64,000 nt of DNA from Candidatus Eiseniibacteriota bacterium (GCA_965224245.1 OZ245046.1:2656001-2720000); one strand, 5' to 3'; counted from the stretch's first letter, positions 39,109 to 48,614 are shown. Notes: generated by a model from the sequence alone, not told the origin. Translations and numbers: made by a program.

Positions 39109-40329
39109 ATGCACGTCGTGTTCATCGAGCCCGCGTTTCCGAACAACCAGCAAGAGTTCGTGCGCGCGCTCCGCGAGGTCGGCGCCCGGGTGACGGGGAT
39201 CGGCGAGCTGCCGCAGGACGCGCTTCCGGACCGCCTCCGACACTGGCTGTACAAGTACTATCAGGTCGGATCGGTGGTCAACACCGGCGCCGTGCTCGAG
39301 ATCGTCCAGCACATCCAGGCTCGCGAGGGAGTGGATCGACTCGAGTCCACCGTGGAGGCGCATCAGATGGCGGCGGCGCACGTGCGCGACGCGTGCGGCA
39401 TTCCGGGCACGACCGTCGAGACGACGTTCCTGTGTCGCGACAAGCCGGCGATGAAGGAGGCGCTTCGCAAGGCGGGCGTCCCCTGTGCGGCGTCACTCGG
39501 ATCCTCGGACGCCGAGGAGATCCGCGACTTCGCCAGGCGGATCGGATACCCCCTGATCCTGAAGCCGCGCGACGCTGCGGGAGCCGCGGGCACGCACAAG
39601 GTCGGGTCCGACACCGAGCTGAACGCCGTTCTGGCCGACTCCGGCCTGGAGCACGGCCACTCGATCGCCGTGGAGGAGTTCATCGAGGGACACGAGGCGT
39701 TCTACGACACGATCACCGTGGACGGCCGCGTGATGCACGAGTTCGTGTCGCACTACTATCCCGGCGTGCTGGAGGCGATGCGCACGCGGTGGATCTCGCC
39801 GCAGTTCGTCACCACCAACCGCGTCGACGCCCCCGGCTACGACGAGGTCAAGGCCATGGGCGCGCGCGTGATCGAGGCGCTCGGCATCACCACGTCGGCC
39901 ACGCACATGGAGTGGTTCTACGGCCCCAAAGGGCTCAAGTTCTCCGAGATCGGCTGTCGTCCGCCGGGCGTCGGCGCCTGGGATCTCTACTGCGCGAGCA
40001 ACGATGCCGACATCTATCGGGAGTGGGCCATGGCCATCGTGCACGGCCGGCCGAGCCAGACGCTGAGCCGCGGGTACGCGGCCGGCATCGTGAACCTCCG
40101 GCCCGACCAGGACGGTCACATCGTCGGCTACGAGGGTCTGGAGGCGGTGCGTCGCGACGCGGGCAAGTGGTTCATCGACGAGCACGTTCCCCCGGTCGGC
40201 TCCCGGACGCAGCCGGTGTCGGCGGGCTACATGGCCAACGCGTGGATCCGCGTCAAGCACCCGGACTATGATCAGCTCCGTGCGATCCTCGATCACATCG
40301 GGCAGACGGTGCAGGTCCGGGCGAGATAG
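39109..40329 (+). CDS. ATP-grasp ligase, copy 3
   Basis: CRDK..MK, IGYPLILKP..AAG, VEEFI.GHE, THMEWF and EIG.RPPG. AAGGAG RBS. Confidence 0.9.
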   Translation: MHVVFIEPAFPNNQQEFVRALREVGARVTGIGELPQDALPDRLRHWLYKYYQVGSVVNTGAVLEIVQHIQAREGVDRLESTVEAHQMAAAHVRDACGIPGTTVETTFLCRDKPAMKEALRKAGVPCAASLGSSDAEEIRDFARRIGYPLILKPRDAAGAAGTHKVGSDTELNAVLADSGLEHGHSIAVEEFIEGHEAFYDTITVDGRVMHEFVSHYYPGVLEAMRTRWISPQFVTTNRVDAPGYDEVKAMGARVIEALGITTSATHMEWFYGPKGLKFSEIGCRPPGVGAWDLYCASNDADIYREWAMAIVHGRPSQTLSRGYAAGIVNLRPDQDGHIVGYEGLEAVRRDAGKWFIDEHVPPVGSRTQPVSAGYMANAWIRVKHPDYDQLRAILDHIGQTVQVRAR

Positions 40330-40356
40330 GGTCCCCAGCGTAGCGAGTCGATTCGG

Positions 40357-41301
40357 ATGCAACACATCGTGCTACTGGGTCCCCAGCGCCTCTCGACCAC
40401 CGTCGGTCTGGCCATCACCGACCTCGAGCTCGAGGGGCCGCTGGCCACCGTGACCGCCGGATGGCGGGAGCGAGAGGACGAGGTCGCCGAGCTGGACGAC
40501 GCCCTCGGCGTCCCCACCGTGAACCTGCGTCTCTACCATCGGCTCGAGGACATGGTCCGGCGCGACCCCGAGCTGCTCGAGATCCTGCGCAAGTGGCACG
40601 ACCGCGCGAGAGAGATCCAGAGGATCTACCGGATCCAGCTGGCGGGGGCGCTGGAGAGCGCCCGAACGCTGCTCGGCCGACCGGAGTCCGGTCCACACGC
40701 GGAGGCGGTGCGCGAGTCGGCGATCGACATCATCCGGCGCGTGGACGCCGAGCACGAGGACCGGAAGTCGCTCGATCACGAGGCCGTGCTCAGGGAGTTC
40801 GACATCCTGCAGCGCGACATCGTGGCCGCGGAGCGCGCCGCGGTGGGCGAGGTGCTGGACGGCTGCACGGGGCTGGTCATCCCCGGCGGTCATGTGGGCG
40901 TGCTCCGCAACCGGCTGTGGCTCTTCGACGTCCTCGGTCGGATCTCCGATCGCCCCATCCTGGCCTGGTCGGCCGGCGCGATGGTGCTCTCGGAGCGAGT
41001 GGTGCTGTTCCACGACAGCCCGCCTCAGGGGGCCGGCAATGCCGAGGTGTTCGAGCGCGGGTTCAACCTGTGTCCGAAGATCGTGCCGCTCCCCCATGCC
41101 CGGCGCCGCCTCCGGCTCGGTGACGAGATGCGGGTCTCGCTCTTCGCCCGACGCTTTCGCCCGTCGATGTGCGTCGTCATGGACGACGGCGGCCGCATCG
41201 ACTGGATCGACGACCGATACGTCCCCCACGACGACGTGCACCGGCTCACGGTCGACGGGCACGTGGATCCCCTGACCGAGCCGTTCGGGGGGCTGTCGTG
41301 A
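40357..41301 (+). CDS. Type 1 glutamine amidotransferase-like / peptidase S51 (dipeptidase E, cyanophycinase fold) protein
   Basis: VTAGW, IPGGHV, nucleophile elbow AWSAGAM and LPH. Contains a long helical insert. Confidence 0.75.
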   Translation: MQHIVLLGPQRLSTTVGLAITDLELEGPLATVTAGWREREDEVAELDDALGVPTVNLRLYHRLEDMVRRDPELLEILRKWHDRAREIQRIYRIQLAGALESARTLLGRPESGPHAEAVRESAIDIIRRVDAEHEDRKSLDHEAVLREFDILQRDIVAAERAAVGEVLDGCTGLVIPGGHVGVLRNRLWLFDVLGRISDRPILAWSAGAMVLSERVVLFHDSPPQGAGNAEVFERGFNLCPKIVPLPHARRRLRLGDEMRVSLFARRFRPSMCVVMDDGGRIDWIDDRYVPHDDVHRLTVDGHVDPLTEPFGGLS

Positions 41302-42446
41302 ATCCCGTCGGCACCCGGAAGATCCACCGGCTCCTGACCGAGACGCCGCTCGACGACGCGGCGATCGATGCGTTCCTGGCCGAGAATCCACCCCCGATCG
41401 CCGAGGATGCCGGCGTCACGTTCATCTACCGGGGCGCGGCGGACGCGGTGTACCTCCACCACTGGATCTACGGCCTGGAGTCGGCCAAGGCGTTCCACCG
41501 GGCCGGCGAGTCCGACCTGTGGTATCGCTTCGAGGACATCCCGGCCCACTCGCGCGTGGAGTACAAGTTCGAGGTGGTCAACGGTGACGAGCACCGGCTG
41601 ATCCGCGATCCGTTGAACCCGGCGCTCGCACACGATCCGTTCGGGGCCAACTCGGTCTGTCACGGGGCGGGCTACGAGACGCCCGACTGGATCGCCCCCG
41701 ATCCCGAGGCACGAGAGGGCGCCCTCGAGGATCACGCTGTCAGAAGCCCGTCGTTCGGCGGCCGGCGTCGGGTGACGCTGTACTTCCCCGCGCGGTTCCG
41801 CCGGACGCGACGCTACCCGCTCTTGATCGTGCACGACGGGGGTGACTTTCTCCGCTACGCCTCGATGAAGACCGTGCTCGACAACCTGATCCACCGGCTC
41901 GAGATCCCGCCGATGGTGGTGGCGCTGACCCACCCGGTGGCCCGGAACGACGAGTACGTCATCAACGACGCCCATGCGACGTTCATCACCCGCGAGCTCG
42001 GGCCCTGGCTGGAGAAGAGCTACCCCCTGATCCCCGAGCCGTCGTCCCGTGGTCTCATGGGGGCGAGCCTGGGCGGTGTGGCATCGTTCTACACCGCATG
42101 GAAGACGCCCGGGCACTTCGGCCGGCTCCTGATCCAGTCCGGCTCGCTGGCGTTCACCGACATCGGTCCCAACCGGCGCGGGCCGGTGTTCGAGCCGATC
42201 GTCACGTTCATGAACGCGTACCGCGACGAGCCGGTGAAGATCACCAACCGGCTGTTCCAGAGCTGCGGCATCTACGAGTCCTTGATCTACGAGAACCGCT
42301 CGCTGATGCCACTGCTCCAGACGACGGGGATGGAGATCCGCTACGTCGAGGCGCGGGACGGGCACAACTGGGAGAACTGGCGGGATCGGCTCCGGGAGGG
42401 TCTCTCGTGGCTCTTCCCGGGCCCGCTGTGGATGGACTACGAGTAG
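41298..42446 (+). CDS. Alpha/beta-hydrolase esterase (Fes-like) with N-terminal Ig/CBM48-like domain
   Basis: EYKF.......DPLNP in the N-domain, YPLL.V.DG, GASLGG nucleophile elbow and DGHNW.NWR. Confidence 0.85.
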   Translation: MNPVGTRKIHRLLTETPLDDAAIDAFLAENPPPIAEDAGVTFIYRGAADAVYLHHWIYGLESAKAFHRAGESDLWYRFEDIPAHSRVEYKFEVVNGDEHRLIRDPLNPALAHDPFGANSVCHGAGYETPDWIAPDPEAREGALEDHAVRSPSFGGRRRVTLYFPARFRRTRRYPLLIVHDGGDFLRYASMKTVLDNLIHRLEIPPMVVALTHPVARNDEYVINDAHATFITRELGPWLEKSYPLIPEPSSRGLMGASLGGVASFYTAWKTPGHFGRLLIQSGSLAFTDIGPNRRGPVFEPIVTFMNAYRDEPVKITNRLFQSCGIYESLIYENRSLMPLLQTTGMEIRYVEARDGHNWENWRDRLREGLSWLFPGPLWMDYE

Positions 42447-42459
42447 CTCGCCTCGCGGT

Positions 42460-42486
42460 CGCCGCCGCCGCCGCCGCCGCCGCCGC
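42460..42486. repeat. (CGC)9 trinucleotide microsatellite, intergenic
   Basis: 27-nt perfect repeat read directly, 13 nt after the esterase stop. Confidence 0.9.
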
Positions 42487-42673
42487 GATGACACCAAATC
42501 GAAACATCAGGACCTGGTGCTCAGATATAGTACAATCCGGTCCGACGACGGCACGTTGCCGGTCCGGGGCATCCTCACCGCGGGCTCGACGTCGCCGGGA
42601 GCCACCGCGCGGCATTGATGGCGCGCCGGACGCGCCGAGACGTGGATGGCCGCGCAGAACCGGGAGGTGCCTC

Positions 42674-43726
42674 GTGCAGGACGTTTCCCCGGCGCGCATG
42701 GGCGCTGCATTCGTCGTGACGGCCTGGCTCTTGGTCCTCGGATGCGCCTCCAACCGATCCACGTTCGTGTATCGCCTGCCGTACGAGACGGGCACTCGCG
42801 TCCTGGTGTGGCAGGACCACGAGACGCACGACAACTGGCTCGATCTGGCCGGCACCGACGGTGAGGCGCCGTACCAGGTCGTCGCGGCCCGACCCGGCAT
42901 CGTCCGCTTCCTCGAAGACGACAACGAGCTCAACTGCCCGACCGGCAAGTGCGAGAACAACTTCGTCTGGATCCAGCACGAGCCCGGCGACGAGTGGACC
43001 ATGTACGTCCACCTCGCCACGGGAACCGTCACCAGCCCGCCTCCGTTCGGGGCGGGCCTTCAGAGCGGCGATCGGGTCTGCGCAGGGCAGTACCTCGGCA
43101 ACGAGGGCAACGTCGGCATGGCGGACGGTGACAACCAGGGCCGGCATCTGCATTTCCACGTGGCCGTGCCCGACGACCCCGCCACGGCGAGCCCATCGCA
43201 CTTTGCCGGTGACATCGAGGCGACGTACAGGATCCCTCGGCTCTGCGGAGTACCCGGCGGGACCGTCGTGAAGGATCGGACGTACACGGCCATCCCGTGC
43301 GCAGGAAGCACCTGCCTGCGATCGGTCGAATCGCCATCCACCGAGGGACGGTGCGAGCGTCGCCCCGGCGGAGAAGTCTGTGTGCAAGAGGTGCATAGCG
43401 GAGCATCGGAAACAATCTACACGCGCGGCGTCGACTTCGACGCCACCTCGCTTCGACTGGACGTCGAGTGGTGTCCGACGGCGGACTGCGATCCCGACGT
43501 GGACGTGGGGAGGGCGATCCGCGTGATCGTGTTCCCCGACTCGCCCGACGCCGAACCGATCTCGTTCGTCGTGAGCTGCGAGCGTCGACGAATCACCGAA
43601 AACGTCGAGAACGTCCGACAGGTCGTCATCCGTCCGTCGCCCGAGCTCAGCGTCGAGAACGTGGCCTGCGACGGCAACGAGTTCCCCGCTGCGTTCGCGA
43701 GGTGGGAGATCTGCGAATGTGAATGA
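42674..43726 (+). CDS. M23 family metallopeptidase, probable lipoprotein, with Cys-rich C-terminal region
   Basis: GGAGG RBS with GTG start, lipobox LVLGC, H..W.D, VVAARPG.V, Y.HL and HLHFHV. Confidence 0.8.
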   Translation: MQDVSPARMGAAFVVTAWLLVLGCASNRSTFVYRLPYETGTRVLVWQDHETHDNWLDLAGTDGEAPYQVVAARPGIVRFLEDDNELNCPTGKCENNFVWIQHEPGDEWTMYVHLATGTVTSPPPFGAGLQSGDRVCAGQYLGNEGNVGMADGDNQGRHLHFHVAVPDDPATASPSHFAGDIEATYRIPRLCGVPGGTVVKDRTYTAIPCAGSTCLRSVESPSTEGRCERRPGGEVCVQEVHSGASETIYTRGVDFDATSLRLDVEWCPTADCDPDVDVGRAIRVIVFPDSPDAEPISFVVSCERRRITENVENVRQVVIRPSPELSVENVACDGNEFPAAFARWEICECE

Positions 43727-43794
43727 GCCGCCGCGTGATCCGCGCCCGAGCCGATGCATGCGCCGGAAGACGGCTCCGCGACCCCGCGCTGGCT

Positions 43795-45585
43795 CTACAG
43801 CGGCCAGATCCTCGGAATCGCCAGCGTCGCGATCACCCAGAACAGCACGTTGAGCGGGATCCCGGCCCTGAGGAAGTCCGTGTAGCGATACCGGCCCGGA
43901 CCGTAGACCATCAGGTTCGTCTGGTATCCCACCGGGGTGGCGAACGCCGCGGACGCGCCGAACGCGATGGCCATCATGAACGGCCACGGGCTCGCTCCGA
44001 GCTCGGCCGCCGCGCCGATGCCGATCGGGGCCAGGAGCACCGCGGTCGCGTTGTTGGACATCACCGCGGTCAGCAGCGACGCCAGGAGATAGAACAGCGA
44101 GACCAGGAACGTGGGCCCCAGCACGTCCGACAGCGACATCATCGCACCGACGAGGAACCCCGCTGTGCCCGTGGTCTCCATGGCCAGCCCCAGGGGGATC
44201 ATGCCCGCGAGGAGGAAGATCACCATCCAGTCGATGGTCTCGTAGGCCTCCTTGAGCGAGACGCATCCGGTCCCCACCATGGCCAGCGCGCCGAGCACCG
44301 CCGCGACCATGATCGGAAAGACGTGCAGCGCGGCCGCGATCACGACCAGCGCCACGATGCCGATGGCCAAGAGGGACCGCTTGCGCCGGATCCGCGGCAC
44401 GTCGATCTCGCGGAGCACGAGAAAGTCCGGCGTGTCGAACAACGTGTCGATGACCGCTCGGCGACCTTGTAGCAGGAGCGTGTCGCCCGGCTCCAGACGG
44501 ATCTCGGCGATCTTCCGGCGGATCGTGCGGCCGTGCTTTCGCACCGCGAGCGCGAACACGCCGTAGCGCCGCCGAAAGTCGGCCTCCTTCAGCGACGAGC
44601 CCACGAGCGACGAGCTCGGCGAGATGACGCACTCCACGAGCGCGGTCATGTCCGAGGCCAGGTTCTCGTCGGCGAACTTGGCCTCGGCCACCAGCGAGAG
44701 GTTCTCCATGTCGGCCAGGCGCACGATGTCGTCGGCGTCGCCGCGCACCAGGAGCCGGTCTCCGGTCTCCAGCGGCGTGTCGCGCAGACCGAACCAGCGC
44801 ACCTCTTCCCCGCGCGTGATCTGGAGCACGTTCACATCGTAACGCTCGCTGAGGCGCGCCTGCACGAGGGTCCGACCGAGAAGGGTCGAGTTCGGCGTGA
44901 CCATCAGACCCGACAGGTAATCGCTCATCCGGTACTTCCGGGTGAGGGCCGAGATGTGCTCGCGAACGGGCAGGATTCTCGGCGCGACCCAGATGAGGTA
45001 GGCCAGCGCCACCACGAAGAACGGCAGGCCGAGCTTGGCCATCTCGAACATCGGGAACTGACCGATCCCGTGCTCGGCCGAGATCTCGCTCACGATGACG
45101 TTGGTGGACGTCCCGATCAGCGTGCAGGTGCCGCCCACGATGGCGATGAACGAGAGCGGCATCAGGATCTTCGACGCGCCGATGTCGTACTGGCGGGAGA
45201 TGGTCAGCGCGATGGGCAGGAACACGGCGATGGTGGCGGTGTTGTTCACGAACGCCGACAACGCCCCCACCGTGATCAGGAGGATGACCACGACGCTCCG
45301 CTTGTCGTCCTTGGCGGCGCCCACGATCTTGCCACTGATCCAGTTCACCGCGCCGGTCCGGACCAGTCCGCCGGACAGGATGAACATCGACGCCACGGTC
45401 ACGGTCGCGGGGTTGCTGAAGCCGACGAAGACGTCGTTGGCCGGCGGGAAGCGGTCGCGGAAGAGCCCGAGCACCATCAGCGAGGCCAGGACGAGCACGG
45501 ACACGAGATCCGCGCGCACCCGCTCGGTGCCAAACAGCACGATGGACGCCACGATCAACACGTGGATGATCACGATGTCGGCCAC
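43795..45585 (-). CDS. SLC13/DASS family permease with two TrkA-C (RCK-C) domains
   Basis: GFSNPA, SAF.NNT, GG.CTLIGTSTN, SNNATA and TPVGYQTN.MV.GPG.Y. Confidence 0.92.
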   Translation of the reverse strand: MADIVIIHVLIVASIVLFGTERVRADLVSVLVLASLMVLGLFRDRFPPANDVFVGFSNPATVTVASMFILSGGLVRTGAVNWISGKIVGAAKDDKRSVVVILLITVGALSAFVNNTATIAVFLPIALTISRQYDIGASKILMPLSFIAIVGGTCTLIGTSTNVIVSEISAEHGIGQFPMFEMAKLGLPFFVVALAYLIWVAPRILPVREHISALTRKYRMSDYLSGLMVTPNSTLLGRTLVQARLSERYDVNVLQITRGEEVRWFGLRDTPLETGDRLLVRGDADDIVRLADMENLSLVAEAKFADENLASDMTALVECVISPSSSLVGSSLKEADFRRRYGVFALAVRKHGRTIRRKIAEIRLEPGDTLLLQGRRAVIDTLFDTPDFLVLREIDVPRIRRKRSLLAIGIVALVVIAAALHVFPIMVAAVLGALAMVGTGCVSLKEAYETIDWMVIFLLAGMIPLGLAMETTGTAGFLVGAMMSLSDVLGPTFLVSLFYLLASLLTAVMSNNATAVLLAPIGIGAAAELGASPWPFMMAIAFGASAAFATPVGYQTNLMVYGPGRYRYTDFLRAGIPLNVLFWVIATLAIPRIWPL

Positions 45586-45770
45586 GAGTCCCTCCGAACG
45601 CCTCGACCGAGATCCGGCTGGCTCGCGGCCGGACGAGCCGGTAGCCTAGCCGGCGAGCGGCCCGCCACCCACGAGTTCGCGATCCAGAATGCTCAACCTT
45701 CTACCACGAAAGAGCTTAGACTGGAACTCGAAGTGACGGCATTCCGACGTGGACCGGACCCGAGGAGCCC

Positions 45771-47801
45771 ATGCCGACCGATCCTCCCGAGATGAGCCCG
45801 GCGCCCCCGAGAGACCCTGCGGTCCCGGCTCCTGCCTCGCGCCGAGCGCCGGGGGGATGCACCGGCACGCGCCACGGGACGCGCCCGCTCCACCGCGGCG
45901 GCGGCGACCCCGGCCCCTCGCGCATTCGCCCGTCGCGGATGAGCCGGCGCCGGACGGCGGTTCTCGTCAGCGTCCACGTGGTGTTCGCGATCCATCTGAC
46001 GCACTGGTGGATGACCGGCACCACGCTCTCGCCGATCGAGCCCTCCGAGTCGATGGAGACGCTGGAGACCGGGCGCGTCAACGCGGGCTTCATCTTCTTC
46101 GCGGCGGCGATCCTGGCCACGCTCGTGTTCGGGCGGATCTTCTGCGGCTGGGGCTGCCACATCGTGGCGCTCCAGGATCTGTGCGGCGCGCTGATGAAGC
46201 GGGCCGGCATCCGGCCGGTCCTGTTCCGCTCGCGACTCCTCGCATGGGTGCCGGTCGGGCTGGCGTTCTACATGTTCGTCTGGCCCACGCTCCGTCGCGA
46301 GGTGATCGCCCCGCTGGTCGCGCGTGCCTGGCCCGGCCAGGCCCGATGGCTGACCGACGTCGCTCCCTTCCCCGGCTTCGAGAACCACCTGGTCAAGTCG
46401 GACTTCTGGGCCACGTTTCCGCCGATCGCGGTGGCGATCCCGTTTCTCCTGATCTGCGGGTTCGCCGTCGTGTACGTGCTCGGCGCCAAGGGCTTCTGTG
46501 CCTACGGGTGCCCCTACGGCGGCGTCTTCGGGCCGGTGGACAAGCTGGCCGCGGGCAAGATCGTCGTCGATCTGGATGCCTGCGAGGGGTGCGGCCACTG
46601 CACCGCGCGCTGCACGTCGAACGTGCGGGTTCACGAGGAGATCCAGACCCACGGAATGGTCGTCGACACCGGGTGCATGAAGTGCATGGACTGCGTCAGC
46701 GTGTGCCCGAACGACGCGCTCTCCTATCGCTTCGCACGGCCGACGCTCTTCGCGGGCTCGCCCCGGCGCCCGCCGAAGCGCCGGCGGTACGACGTGAGCC
46801 TCGGCGCAGACGCCCTGCTCCTGGCGCTGTTCCTGGCGGCCTTCCTCGGCCTGCGCGGAGCCTATGGTCTCGTGCCGATGCTGATGTCGGTCGGGGTGGG
46901 GCTCACGACGGTGTTCCTGGCCTGGAAGCTCGTGCGCGTCGTCCGGGAGCGCCGTGCGCGGCTCCATCGCTTCGAGCTCGCGCGCGACGGTCGGCTCACC
47001 CGTTCGGGTCGCGTGTTCCTCGCGATCGCCGGGGGGTGGCTGCTGCTCGTGGTGCACACCTCGGCCGTCAACGTGCTGCGACTGCGCGGAGAGGCGCTCG
47101 ACCGGAGCATCGCCGTGTCACGCGAGGCGGTGTTCTCGGGTGACCGGTCCGAGGTTCCGTCGGCGATGCGAGAGCGTGCAGCGCGCGCCCGACGGCTGCT
47201 CGGGCTGGCCGCGCCGCTCTGGTCCGGCGGCGCCGGGCTGATCGCGACGCCGGGGCTGGATCTGCGTCTGGCCTGGCTGAGCCTGGTGGCCGGGGACCCC
47301 GAGGATGCGCTGCCTCGACTCGACGCACACCGCCGCCGCCACGGGGAGACGCCCGAGCTCACCGCGGACCTGGCGCGCGTGCGAGCGCTGACGGGCGACA
47401 CGGACGGCGCGATCGCGGCGCTCGAGGCGGCGATCACGGCCGTGCCGAGTTCCGAGGCGCGTGCGGCGCTCGCGCGGCTCTACCTGGACTCGGGGAATCC
47501 GGAGGCGGCGGTGCACGTATACGAGGAGACGACCGAGCCCCTCACCCGCGAGGATCGGCGGCGGCTCGCCGAGCTCTATCTCCGGGTGGGGAGGCCGGAC
47601 TCGGCGATCCAGCTGATGCAGCGGGCGAGCGTCGCCGCGCCGGACGACGTCGAGTCGATCCTGGACCTGGTGCACGTGATGAACGCCGCGGGGCGGACGT
47701 CCCTCGCGATCTCACAGCTCCGCCGGGCGCTCTCGCGCCACCCCGACGACCCGGCGCTGTCGAGGCTGCTCGAGATGCTCGAGCGCGAGTCATCCCGATG
47801 A
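45771..47801 (+). CDS. Membrane polyferredoxin (4Fe-4S binding, NapH/CcoG-like) with C-terminal TPR (start uncertain)
   Basis: GRIFCGWGC, FCAYGCPYG, CEGCGHCTARC and CMKCMDCVSVCP. Several TM helices and a TPR tail. Confidence 0.85.
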   Translation: MPTDPPEMSPAPPRDPAVPAPASRRAPGGCTGTRHGTRPLHRGGGDPGPSRIRPSRMSRRRTAVLVSVHVVFAIHLTHWWMTGTTLSPIEPSESMETLETGRVNAGFIFFAAAILATLVFGRIFCGWGCHIVALQDLCGALMKRAGIRPVLFRSRLLAWVPVGLAFYMFVWPTLRREVIAPLVARAWPGQARWLTDVAPFPGFENHLVKSDFWATFPPIAVAIPFLLICGFAVVYVLGAKGFCAYGCPYGGVFGPVDKLAAGKIVVDLDACEGCGHCTARCTSNVRVHEEIQTHGMVVDTGCMKCMDCVSVCPNDALSYRFARPTLFAGSPRRPPKRRRYDVSLGADALLLALFLAAFLGLRGAYGLVPMLMSVGVGLTTVFLAWKLVRVVRERRARLHRFELARDGRLTRSGRVFLAIAGGWLLLVVHTSAVNVLRLRGEALDRSIAVSREAVFSGDRSEVPSAMRERAARARRLLGLAAPLWSGGAGLIATPGLDLRLAWLSLVAGDPEDALPRLDAHRRRHGETPELTADLARVRALTGDTDGAIAALEAAITAVPSSEARAALARLYLDSGNPEAAVHVYEETTEPLTREDRRRLAELYLRVGRPDSAIQLMQRASVAAPDDVESILDLVHVMNAAGRTSLAISQLRRALSRHPDDPALSRLLEMLERESSR

Positions 47802-47831
47802 GCGGGTCCCTCGATCCGCCGACCCGGAGCG

Positions 47832-48614
47832 TCAGTCGGCGTACACCGACTTGATCCCGCTCCAGCTAACGGTCGAGACCGGCGTGGCCGGCGGAAGCAT
47901 CAGGAGTTGCTCGGTGGCCGCCTGGTACACCGTCCGGGTCGCCGCGTCCTGGACGAACACGACGACGTCCACGTTGGCGAGGTCCCAGCCGTCCTCGGCG
48001 TCTACGGCGATCGGCACGTCCACCACGTCGCCGGCCATCCGGGCCAGCGAGACCGACACACCGTCGGCGCTCGGATGGAAGCGCCGGAACACGTGGTGGT
48101 GCACGTCGATCCCGTTGGGAAACGCCTGGTGGATGTCGCTCTCGGTCAGCGCCAGCATCACGCGGACGTCGCCCTCGATCGGCGTCTCGACACCGATGCG
48201 CACGTTCACCGTGCCCGCGCCGTCGGTTTCGTTCACCGAGCCCGAGAGGGCGAGCGTCACCGGCGCCGGCACCGCGACCTCGCTGGCGTAGACCGAGGGA
48301 TAGCCGGACGTCGACGCCGTGCGGCCCGCGACGCGGATGGACGGCGCCGATCCGACGCCGTAGAACGAGCGGCGCGCGAGGTTCTCGTCCTGGTTCTCCA
48401 GGAAGAACGGATCACCGGCGTATGGAAACGGCACGTGGTACTCGATGGCCACCACGTCGGGGTGATCGAAGATCCAGGACTTGAGGGTCGGATCCACCGA
48501 CCCGCAGATCCCTCAGGCGTAGTTCGTGAAGTGCTCGATCAGCACCGACCGCGGCGCGGACGAAGCGAGGGTCGGGATGGCGAGCAGGGCCGCGAGCGCG
48601 AGTCGGCTGAACAT
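47832..48614 (-). CDS. Secreted Omp28-related thioredoxin-fold protein with in-frame TGA (probable selenocysteine, UxxC) and C-terminal SWxxIK motif
   Basis: ORFs 48513-48767 and 47832-48497 are in the same frame, separated only by TGA at 48513-48515: VLIEHFTNYA-U-GICGSVD...VVAIEYH....DPF......R..FYGV..APS. GGAGA RBS, signal peptide and SECIS-like hairpin. Confidence 0.8.
48485..48503 (-). promoter_or_regulatory. Putative bacterial SECIS hairpin
   Basis: GGGTCGG-TGGAT-CCGACCC, a 7-bp stem after a 9-nt gap from the TGA. The loop begins 16 nt after the TGA and has G at position 2. Confidence 0.65.

Noticed and set aside
48513-48515. TGA reassigned to Trp or Gly (genetic code 4 or 25)
   Set aside because: Many genes here end cleanly at TGA, often in ATGA/GTGA overlaps, and this TGA aligns to a Cys column.
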